The notes below the pieces were generated by a model that was not told the DNA's origin, searched no databases, and worked only from the letters and a program-made list of their open reading frames with translations. Shown in pieces: positions 16,814-24,619 of a stretch of 25,493 nt of DNA (the first letter of the stretch is position 1; each line of letters begins with the position of its first letter). A program made the position numbers and the translations under genes. The DNA comes from an uncultured Rikenellaceae bacterium (lineage in GTDB: Bacteria; Bacteroidota; Bacteroidia; Bacteroidales; VadinHA17). The stretch is taken from NCBI GenBank assembly GCA_964415855.1, contig CAYQBZ010000003.1, positions 1 through 25,493 of the forward strand. The letters are read 5' to 3'.

Positions 16814-17746
16814 TCATCTGTATTTACGGTTATCGCCCTCCATTATATTAAGATAACTTCTGTACCTGAGAATGTCTATTTCAGATCTTTCCACTGCTGC
16901 CCTTACTGCACATCCCGGTTCATCGAGATGAAGACAATTATTGAACCTGCAGTCCCTGGCTGTCCTGAAGATCTCCGGGAAAAAATGGTAAATCTCATTT
17001 CTCTCCATATCCACAACGCCAAATCCCCTAATTCCGGGAGTATCAATAACCTTACCCCCAAATGGCATTTCATGCATTTCAGGAAATGTTGTAACATGTT
17101 TGCCCTGCCGGTGATAATCAGATATTGCCGAGGTTTTGAGTTTAAGGGCGGGATTGAATATATTCAGCAGGGTTGATTTCCCGACACCAGAATTGCCTGA
17201 TATCAGGGTTATCTTATTTGCCATTATTAGCCGCAGCTTATCCAGGTTGGTTTTTTCTGTCAGTGATAATCGGATTGACTCATATCCGATTTTATTATAG
17301 ACTGACTCGAGATATTCCAATTTATCCATTTCCTCCCTGCCATAGAGATCAATCTTGTTTATAATTATCCTTGCAGGCACCCTGTAAGCTTCTGCGGTTA
17401 TAAGGAACCTGTCAATAAACTCTATGGGCGTCTCAGGCAATATAACCGTTACCATAAGAAAAGCCTGGTCAATATTGGCTGCAATTATCTGCGATTGTCT
17501 TGAGAGGTTGGAAGATTTTCTAAGAATATAATTTTTACGATCAAGAACTTCAGTAATAGCGCCTGTTCCGGTTTTAATATCAATCCCGAAAAATACCCTG
17601 TCACCTACAGCTATCGGATTGGTTGTCCTCAATGCCCTGATCCTCAGTTTACCCCTGATTGTACAGTTATATATAAATCCCCTGTCACTGAGTACTTTAT
17701 AATTACTGCCGGTAGATTTTAATACGACGCCTGTTTCCAAATGCAA
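16814..17746 (-). CDS. rsgA: Ribosome small subunit-dependent GTPase A
   Basis: OB-fold start (GVVLKSTG, AVGDRV), AANID, NKID, GNSGVGKST, GKHVTT, DTPG and Zn site CRFNNCLHLDEPGC. TTG start at 17746 or 17740. Confidence 0.97.
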   Translation of the reverse strand: MHLETGVVLKSTGSNYKVLSDRGFIYNCTIRGKLRIRALRTTNPIAVGDRVFFGIDIKTGTGAITEVLDRKNYILRKSSNLSRQSQIIAANIDQAFLMVTVILPETPIEFIDRFLITAEAYRVPARIIINKIDLYGREEMDKLEYLESVYNKIGYESIRLSLTEKTNLDKLRLIMANKITLISGNSGVGKSTLLNIFNPALKLKTSAISDYHRQGKHVTTFPEMHEMPFGGKVIDTPGIRGFGVVDMERNEIYHFFPEIFRTARDCRFNNCLHLDEPGCAVRAAVERSEIDILRYRSYLNIMEGDNRKYR

Positions 17747-17757
17747 AATATTTGGGA

Positions 17758-17790
17758 CAAATGTAAAGAAAAATGGCAGAGACGGTTAAA
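17758..17790 (-). promoter_or_regulatory. Probable housekeeping promoter for rsgA: TTTA-N21-TACATTTG
   Basis: Exact -7 box (17758-17765, minus strand) just upstream of the start, with a one-mismatch -33 box at a 21-nt spacer. Confidence 0.55.
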
Positions 17791-17843
17791 CTGGCCGTAT
17801 TTACCGTAATAATAAATCACAGATGATAATCAGTAATCTCATT

Positions 17844-19049
17844 TTAATTATCAGATGCCATAAGAAGGAATGGCTTCATTTCAAAACTGTGATAATATGG
17901 CCTGAGTCTTTCAACATTATAATAATCCGAAACCTTAACAATCTTTTTTGAAGAGGTCACGACATCAATAGGCAGATTGTCATATCTTCCGTTCTTGAGA
18001 ACAACGATCCTCCCATGTACATTTTTAAGGACCAGGTCAAGTGCAAGGTTCCCATAAGCCATCGGTACTATTGAATCGAGAAAATCAGGATCCCCTCCTC
18101 GTACCATATAACCGAGTTTCTGGTTGATTACGTTAATAGTTTTTCCCTTATTAAATTTACCCGAGAGATCTTTAAGTTTGGCAGATACCAGGTCACCTAT
18201 TCCCCCAAGCTTCGCATGCCCGTAGGCATCCTTTTCATGGTCTGCGAATATCATTTCCCCTCCCTTGAACATTGCACCTTCGGAAACCAGCACAACCGAA
18301 TATTTACTGGGATTATGATTCCTGTCTTCCACAAGCAGCCTGGTCAGAAGGTTTATATCGAATTCATATTCGGGGATGACACACCTGTTCGCCGCACCTG
18401 CCATTGTTGGCAGCATTGCCGTAAATCCCGCGTATCTTCCGAATACCTCAAGCACCAGTAGTCTTTCGTGCGATCCGGCCGATGTCCTGAGGCTGTTTGT
18501 CATCTGTATGGTACGTGTAACACAGGTGCTGAATCCAATGCAATAATCGGTTCCGGGAACATCGTTATCCATCGTCTTGGGGATAGCAACCACATTAACT
18601 CCTTTTTTATAAAGATGGACACCATAGCTGAGAGTATCATCTCCGCCAATAGGAATAAGATAGTCAACACCCAGCCATTCCAGATTCTTTATAATTTCAG
18701 GTGTCAGATCATTTATCTCCGCATCGTATGCAGACCGCAGGTGTTCCGGAATATTATCCTTTGTCATATGGCTGGGTCTGGTCCTGGAAGTATGCAGGAA
18801 AGTACCGCCGGTTCGTCCTGCCTTATTAACTATATCGTCAGTAAGTATCTGAAAATTATTACTGTTATCTGCTTTGGTATCCCTTATTAATTCTGTAATA
18901 CCGGCCCATCCCCGGCGAAGTCCGATCACCCTATATCCTTCCCTGTTAGCGCGTATGGTTACCGCACGAATTGCCGGATTAAGTCCGGGTACATCTCCCC
19001 CTCCCGTAAGAATAGCAATTATTCCCTTTTTTGTTTTCTGAGTTGCCAT
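17844..19049 (-). CDS. PfkA-family phosphofructokinase, PPi-type signature, FGR variant
   Basis: LTGGGDVPGLN, GGTFLHTSR, IGGDDT, PKTMDND, EVFGRYAG, VSEGA and LGYMVRGG. Confidence 0.9.
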   Translation of the reverse strand: MATQKTKKGIIAILTGGGDVPGLNPAIRAVTIRANREGYRVIGLRRGWAGITELIRDTKADNSNNFQILTDDIVNKAGRTGGTFLHTSRTRPSHMTKDNIPEHLRSAYDAEINDLTPEIIKNLEWLGVDYLIPIGGDDTLSYGVHLYKKGVNVVAIPKTMDNDVPGTDYCIGFSTCVTRTIQMTNSLRTSAGSHERLLVLEVFGRYAGFTAMLPTMAGAANRCVIPEYEFDINLLTRLLVEDRNHNPSKYSVVLVSEGAMFKGGEMIFADHEKDAYGHAKLGGIGDLVSAKLKDLSGKFNKGKTINVINQKLGYMVRGGDPDFLDSIVPMAYGNLALDLVLKNVHGRIVVLKNGRYDNLPIDVVTSSKKIVKVSDYYNVERLRPYYHSFEMKPFLLMASDN

Positions 19050-19138
19050 GATAATTATTTTTTGATAATAATATTAATGAGCCCATAAAATTAAACCAAA
19101 ACTGCGAAAAAAGCAATGAATATATCTTTCCGTGAGAT

Positions 19139-19166
19139 GAGAAATTGGCTTTTGAGACACGCTTTT
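19139..19166 (+). repeat. Solo copy of the right end of the 20618-20751 element
   Basis: GAGAAATTGGCTTTTGAGACACGCTTTT closely matches GAGAGATTGGCTTTTAAGACACCCTCTTTT (20725-20754) in the same orientation. No matching left end is nearby. Confidence 0.6.
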
Positions 19167-19187
19167 GAAAGGATAGCAAATGGAAGA

Positions 19188-20438
19188 TCAGTATGATTCA
19201 CTTTCGTCCCACTCAAGTATCTTAAAGAAATCATATTCTTCAGGCTTCTCAACGTATTTTCTGGCGCTCCGGTAATCGGCCTTGGTAATGTAATGCAGGT
19301 TGTTCCTGTAGATCAGCTGCACCTTTTCTGTTTCAACATTAACCAGTCTTGGTTTCACCTTTCCGGATTCATCTTCAACATCCTTCAGGAATAAGGGTAT
19401 AATGTCACCTTTCCTGTCGACAGTGACCATGCAGCCTGTTAATCCGTCTTTGAATAATTTGTATACGCCCAGTCCGAGGCGGGTAGCATAATTCAGATCG
19501 TAAGCAACGGGCCGGCAGCACCGCAATTCATATCCCATTTCATTGGGTCGTGACTTTACGGTTATCCTAAGTCCCTTAAGAGCCTGCTGCGTCAGCATAT
19601 TAAAGATATGTGACTTACTTACATTACCCAGTTCAGGGTGCCCGTGATCATCATAGGTAAAATTTATTCCTGTATCGATTATCTCTTTTTCACTCATGAA
19701 ATGGAATACTCCCTCAGAGATAATGGCAACACCATAGTCAATTCCCAGAAGTCTTCTTTTCACCATAGAGGAGATAACAAGCCTGGTTATTTTGTCAAAG
19801 GTGATCTTGGTCCTGTTAAAGATCTCCGGGATGATTATCATTGGGTAATGACAGGCAGTGCCAATTCCAAATGCCAGGTGCCCGGCTTCACGTCCCATCG
19901 CGGATACCACAAACCAGTTTCCGCTGGTACGAGCATCTTCATAAATAGTCGTTGCCAGTCTTACACCCTCCTCCTTCGCCGAATGGTAGCCGAATGTTGG
20001 GGTTCCTTCAGGAAGAGGCAGGTCATTATCGATCGTTTTGGGAACATGGATGTTCTTGACATTCATCTTCTGTTCCATAAGATATTTTGTCAGACGGTTT
20101 GCGGAGGAAGCAGTATCATCACCTCCGATGGTAACCAGAAGCTTGACGTTATTCTTTTTAAAGAAATCCACTTTGAATTCATCATCCTTGGGTTTGTGCC
20201 TGCTCATCTTCAACGCAGAGCCGCCACGGCTGTATATCTGGTCAGCAAACTCAAAATCGAGATAATCATAAGTAGGTTCTGCGGCAAAGAGTGATTTATA
20301 GCCACCATTGATCCCAAGTACCGTATATCCATTCTGTAAAAATATTTTGGTGACTGAACTGATTACTGTATTAATTCCGGGTGCCGGACCTCCGGCACAT
20401 AATATAGCCACTGCATCTTTCATAATTTCTCTTTTCAT
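19188..20438 (-). CDS. pfp: Pyrophosphate-dependent 6-phosphofructokinase (PfkA family)
   Basis: AGGPAPGIN, GGSALKMSR, IGGDDT, PKTIDND, AMGREAG, ISEG and MGYELRC. The GGDD plus PKT combination is the PPi-use signature. Confidence 0.85.
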   Translation of the reverse strand: MKREIMKDAVAILCAGGPAPGINTVISSVTKIFLQNGYTVLGINGGYKSLFAAEPTYDYLDFEFADQIYSRGGSALKMSRHKPKDDEFKVDFFKKNNVKLLVTIGGDDTASSANRLTKYLMEQKMNVKNIHVPKTIDNDLPLPEGTPTFGYHSAKEEGVRLATTIYEDARTSGNWFVVSAMGREAGHLAFGIGTACHYPMIIIPEIFNRTKITFDKITRLVISSMVKRRLLGIDYGVAIISEGVFHFMSEKEIIDTGINFTYDDHGHPELGNVSKSHIFNMLTQQALKGLRITVKSRPNEMGYELRCCRPVAYDLNYATRLGLGVYKLFKDGLTGCMVTVDRKGDIIPLFLKDVEDESGKVKPRLVNVETEKVQLIYRNNLHYITKADYRSARKYVEKPEEYDFFKILEWDESESY

Positions 20439-20617
20439 TACAGATTATACCATTGATTTTTAATTATTTATAATATTCGTATCCCAAATATTTTTGAAGG
20501 TCACAAATATGACAATATCTTTTCAATATTTTAACAGATACAGGTATTTTTTAAAGTGCCATGTTAAAAACAATTCGAAAGGCTACTGTCTTTCCTGTCG
20601 ATGCTGCTGAATGGAAG

Positions 20618-20751
20618 AGAGGGTGTCTCAAAAGCCTTGATAATTTACTCCCTGCTCCCAAGGGAGTTCTATAAATGTCTGATAATCAAAAAGTCTCCCT
20701 CGGGGGATTTAGGGGTAAAATAAAGAGAGATTGGCTTTTAAGACACCCTCT
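20618..20751. mobile_element. 134-bp MITE/REPIN-like non-autonomous element
   Basis: 19-bp terminal inverted repeats AGAGGGTGTCTCAAAAGCC (20618-20636) and GGCTTTTAAGACACCCTCT (20733-20751), with 1 mismatch. Nested internal inverted repeats are present, there is no ORF, and no clear target-site duplication was seen. Confidence 0.65.
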
Positions 20752-20849
20752 TTTAAGTGCTGTTCATGTAAATTTTTATTGATACCAAATATTTGTAAAT
20801 TTAAAGCTTCGGAAATTACATCATTATTGTCTAATTCAAAGAAGTTCCT

Positions 20850-21788
20850 ATGCCGGATAATAATCCTGACAATAAAAATAACGAGGGATTGTCTGTTCTT
20901 ATCACAGGTGGCAGCGGTCTTGTAGGAAAGTATCTTACATCGCTGTTGCTATCAGAAGGATATAATGTTTCACATCTTTCGGGAAAGACAAATCAGTTTG
21001 GCAGGGTAAGGGTTTTCAGATGGGATCCTGAGAGAGAGATCATTGATCCTTTGGTATTCGATGGCGTCGATTATATTATTCACCTGGCAGGTGCCGGCAT
21101 TGGCAGTAAAAGGTGGACAAAGACCAGGAAAAAGGAGATCACTGATAGCCGGGTAGCTTCGGCAAAATTACTTTATAAATCGGTCCGGGACAATAACATA
21201 AAACCAAAGGCTTTTATATCTGCTTCAGCAATAGGCTATTATGGTTCAATTACCACCGATAGTATATTTACTGAGGAAGATCTTGCATCTGAAGATTTTC
21301 TGGGTACCACATGCAGGCTTTGGGAAGAGGCTGCGGATTTATTTTCGAATCTCGGAATACGTACTGTAAAAATAAGGTCCGGAGTAGTACTTGAAAAAAG
21401 TGACAGCGCCCTTTCGAAGCTAATGCAACCTGCCAGCTTTGGTTTTCTCGTCCAAACAGGAAGCGGGAGGCAGTATATGCCCTGGATCCATATTGCTGAT
21501 ATTTGCAATATTTATCTTAAATCGATCCGTGATGAAGAAATGTCGGGAGCCTATAATGCGGTCTCTCCATACCATGTGACCCACGGGGATTTTATCAGGA
21601 CACTGGGAAAAGTGATGAAACGGCCGGTATTACCGGTACCAGTACCGTCTTTTATGATAAGAGCAGCACTGGGCGAGAGGTCAGACGTTATTCTTAAAGG
21701 GAGCCGGATCTCGTCCGACAAGATAAGGTATGCTGGCTACAGGTTTATTTTTAACGACCTGGAAAATGCATTAAGAGATATAATCTGA
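20850..21788 (+). CDS. TIGR01777 family NAD-dependent epimerase/oxidoreductase (YfcH-like)
   Basis: LITGGSGLVG, IIHLAGAGI, RWT, FISASAIGYYG, IRSGVVL, GSGRQYMPWIHIAD, GAYNAVSP and a C-terminal AGYRF. Confidence 0.92.
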   Translation: MPDNNPDNKNNEGLSVLITGGSGLVGKYLTSLLLSEGYNVSHLSGKTNQFGRVRVFRWDPEREIIDPLVFDGVDYIIHLAGAGIGSKRWTKTRKKEITDSRVASAKLLYKSVRDNNIKPKAFISASAIGYYGSITTDSIFTEEDLASEDFLGTTCRLWEEAADLFSNLGIRTVKIRSGVVLEKSDSALSKLMQPASFGFLVQTGSGRQYMPWIHIADICNIYLKSIRDEEMSGAYNAVSPYHVTHGDFIRTLGKVMKRPVLPVPVPSFMIRAALGERSDVILKGSRISSDKIRYAGYRFIFNDLENALRDII

Positions 21789-21827
21789 GACAATGATGAA
21801 ATTAATTCGCAAAACAAGGTCCCTTTA

Positions 21828-23744
21828 CTATCTGATAACAAACTCCCTGTCTCTTAAAACTCCACCTCTTGTCGAAAAGACACTTGCCTTTCCATTTAAC
21901 TCTGTTCTGTTATAAAGCCTGACTTTGAAAAGTGTTGTAGTCAGGTCACCTCCCCGTGTATCAGGTACATTCCTGGAAAAAACACTTTGTGGTACTTGTC
22001 TTGCAGAATTATAACTGCTCCTTCCTCCTCTTGCTCCTGAAGATTTTTCTTCCTCAATCAATTTGTATCCTGGCTTGTCTGAACCAATTCCTGTGGTGTC
22101 AAATTCAATAACGACCCTGTCATCTCTGACTATCTTTACCAGGTGAGCCTGCTTAAGTGCTGTTGGTAATTTTCCGGTATTTCTGAAGCCTATTTTTATC
22201 TGATAATCTGCAGAATCTGTTTTATATGATTTTATCTTTTTCACCTCTATATTTTCCCATACAAGCTCAGGAAGATATTTAGCCATTTCGAAGTTAAACA
22301 TTGCTTCTTTCCTCACCCATGGTTCCATATGCTTTACGGGAGGGTTCTGAGAAAAGAATTTAGGATCGAATCCACCAATCTCTATATCTCCGTATACCGG
22401 ATGCTTTGCCGGTTTCCATTCAATAAAACCCAGACCGTCATTTTCCTCATCATCCCATTTTAACATGTCTGTCTGGTCTATAACACCATCTCCGTCATAA
22501 TCTTTGTTCCTTGCACCGTTCCATATCTCATCTCCATACCATACTGCCCCGAAATACCAGTACCCGAAATCAGGTCCGTGACCGAACAGGGGAGATCCGT
22601 TACCATAATCGTTATATACATCTCCGGCTCTTTCATAACCTGTGATCTTTTTCCCTATCTCATCAAAAAGTTTGTACCATTCAAGGTCCTGAGGATACAT
22701 TCTTTCCCCGGAACCTGAGGTTGACGGAGGCCGCAGATGCATCGGCACACTGGTATCCATTGAATTTACCACATAGATATTGGGATGAGAAAGAAGAAAT
22801 AGTACAACTGCACGAGTTTCCGTTTCGCTTAGGGGGAATTCACCAGCTCCTCCCTGTGTATAGCCCCTTCCGGTCTCTTCTTCCTCAGGTCTCCAGTTTT
22901 CAGGATAGTTCCGATGAAGGTCGAGGCCCCCTATACCATCTTCGTTAATCCGACCATCTCCATCATTGTCAATGCCTTCTGATGAAGTCATGTATATTCC
23001 TTGCCCTGCCTCTGCACGTTTCATGATCCGTCCTGTAGGATCTTTTGGATCAGGTATCATAGTCCCTCTTTTCTCGTCTTTCCATCTCATTGTCAGAATG
23101 ATCCCGTCTCCATCAATATCATCAGGCGCATCCTCATCGAGCAAACCATCACCATCATTGTCATCGGGCCTTACAGTGCTCCTGTTACTCTGAGCAGTAT
23201 TCAGGTAAAGGTTATGGCCGTCGGGATTATTGACCGGTCTTACATATATAGTTTTAGTATCCAGAAGATGAGTCACATCAGGATCGCTGCCATAGTTATC
23301 CAGCAGGTATTTAATGAGCCAGAATGCCGATTCGGCACCTGTCACCTCTCCGCTATGACGTCCACCCTCAAAAAATGCAGCCGGTTTGTCAGTATCTTTG
23401 CCTGTCTTGATATTTGTTATTGTCACCTGCATGATCGGACGTCCCTCAAAGCTCTTTCCTACCTCATAAAGATCAACCAGCCCGGGATATTCCTTATGCC
23501 ACCGTTCTAACCATGTATATATAACATCCACCGTATGATATCTGTTAAAAGCAAGCGTATCTCCGGCGACATACTGGACAGACTTCAGTTCAACCTTTGG
23601 AAAGAAGCTGACGCCATGCCTGGTCCCGGAGAGGATATAATTCCTGTCTTTTTGATCTGTTCTTGTCAGAGATGACTGCCCGGACTGGCCATATGCCAAC
23701 CCGTAAATCATCAGGACTGATGTTATAAGAAGTATTCTTTTCAT
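21828..23744 (-). CDS. Secreted M14-family zinc carboxypeptidase-like protein with Asp/Gly-rich Ca-binding loops
   Basis: Signal peptide, GKSFEGR, HxxE motif GGRHSGE, PVNNPDG, DLHRNYP and EFPLSETETRAV. Several DxDGDG loops. Confidence 0.85.
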   Translation of the reverse strand: MKRILLITSVLMIYGLAYGQSGQSSLTRTDQKDRNYILSGTRHGVSFFPKVELKSVQYVAGDTLAFNRYHTVDVIYTWLERWHKEYPGLVDLYEVGKSFEGRPIMQVTITNIKTGKDTDKPAAFFEGGRHSGEVTGAESAFWLIKYLLDNYGSDPDVTHLLDTKTIYVRPVNNPDGHNLYLNTAQSNRSTVRPDDNDGDGLLDEDAPDDIDGDGIILTMRWKDEKRGTMIPDPKDPTGRIMKRAEAGQGIYMTSSEGIDNDGDGRINEDGIGGLDLHRNYPENWRPEEEETGRGYTQGGAGEFPLSETETRAVVLFLLSHPNIYVVNSMDTSVPMHLRPPSTSGSGERMYPQDLEWYKLFDEIGKKITGYERAGDVYNDYGNGSPLFGHGPDFGYWYFGAVWYGDEIWNGARNKDYDGDGVIDQTDMLKWDDEENDGLGFIEWKPAKHPVYGDIEIGGFDPKFFSQNPPVKHMEPWVRKEAMFNFEMAKYLPELVWENIEVKKIKSYKTDSADYQIKIGFRNTGKLPTALKQAHLVKIVRDDRVVIEFDTTGIGSDKPGYKLIEEEKSSGARGGRSSYNSARQVPQSVFSRNVPDTRGGDLTTTLFKVRLYNRTELNGKASVFSTRGGVLRDREFVIR

Positions 23745-23800
23745 GAGAAATATGTATAGATTAAAAGGGAATAATTAAACAATGATAACAAGGCAAATAA

Positions 23801-24496
23801 TCATCCACGCTTGGAGATAACTTCCAGCTTGTTAATTTCCACTACTTCAATGGTCTTGCCAAAAACCCTGATTATGCCTTCCTTTTTAAAATCAGATAAT
23901 GTCCTTATGACATTTGCGGTACTCATTCCAATATAATCGGCAATTTCTTTCCTGGAGACCGGAAGGTCAAAGACCCTTGAATTATATATCTCTCTGGTGA
24001 AATACAACAAAACATAAGCTACCCTTCCAACAAGGTTCTTCTGTCGTATATCGAGGGTTTGCGTGATAATCTTATCATTGATCGCAGAAATTTTTGTCAG
24101 AAGACCCATTGCAAAAGCCCCATTCTCAAGAAACATTTTCTTTATGAAATCCAGCTGTATTGTGCATACAATGGAATCTTCAAGCGCAGCTACAGAGTAC
24201 TGGTAACGGTCTTCCGAAAATATGCTCATATTACTTACAAACTCAAAAGGCCTGGTAATAGTGATTACCTGCTCGTCCCCTCCTGTTGTTCTTCGAAAGA
24301 GCTTAACAAGGCCACTCTGCAAATATTTGAATGTACTTATTTTTTCTCCCTCATGATTTATGATCTCACCTTTACGAAAAAATTGTTCCACTTTGTGGTC
24401 ACATATTTCCTCGACAAAGTTCTCGTCAAGATAGGCAAAAACAACATCGCGAAAATCACAACTTGCACAGATGCATACCTTTTTTTTCTGATTCAC
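23801..24496 (-). CDS. Crp/Fnr family transcriptional regulator
   Basis: GTG start. cNMP-binding-like beta-roll (FRKGEII..EG, GLVK, ALEDSIVC), GRVAYVLL and a C-terminal HTH SRKEIADYIGMSTANVIRTLSDFKKEGII. Confidence 0.93.
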   Translation of the reverse strand: MNQKKKVCICASCDFRDVVFAYLDENFVEEICDHKVEQFFRKGEIINHEGEKISTFKYLQSGLVKLFRRTTGGDEQVITITRPFEFVSNMSIFSEDRYQYSVAALEDSIVCTIQLDFIKKMFLENGAFAMGLLTKISAINDKIITQTLDIRQKNLVGRVAYVLLYFTREIYNSRVFDLPVSRKEIADYIGMSTANVIRTLSDFKKEGIIRVFGKTIEVVEINKLEVISKRG

Positions 24497-24512
24497 GTTT
24501 TCCGGTTTTTCA

Positions 24513-24545
24513 CAAATTTACCATTTTCCATATCAAAATCTCAAA
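24513..24545 (-). promoter_or_regulatory. Bacteroidota housekeeping promoter TTTG-N21-TAAATTTG for the Crp/Fnr gene
   Basis: Exact -33 (24542-24545) and -7 (24513-24520) boxes on the minus strand, 16 bp before the GTG. Confidence 0.7.
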
Positions 24546-24619
24546 TTTCAATTTGTTTTATTCCCAAAATTAGCCCTAATTTGACCTCCTGATACCTCAT
24601 TCCTTCTCATTTAAAGGAT

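Noticed and set aside
17782-17807. Bulged hairpin between the first PFK gene and rsgA as a terminator
   Set aside because: It has only about 8 bp with a bulge, no adjacent U-tract on the minus strand, and it overlaps the likely rsgA -33 box.
20500-20513. GTCA-N6-TGAC palindrome upstream of the PFK pair as an operator for the Crp/Fnr protein
   Set aside because: The 4-bp arms are expected by chance in AT-rich DNA, and I found no second copy to support it.
19139-20751. Composite transposon carrying the second PFK gene
   Set aside because: The gene lies outside the paired TIRs, the solo end faces away from it, and there is no transposase or target duplication.
20618-20751. CRISPR array, tRNA or integron attC site
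   Set aside because: There is no regularly spaced repeat-spacer pattern and no cloverleaf with D/T-loop consensus. No cas or integrase gene is present.
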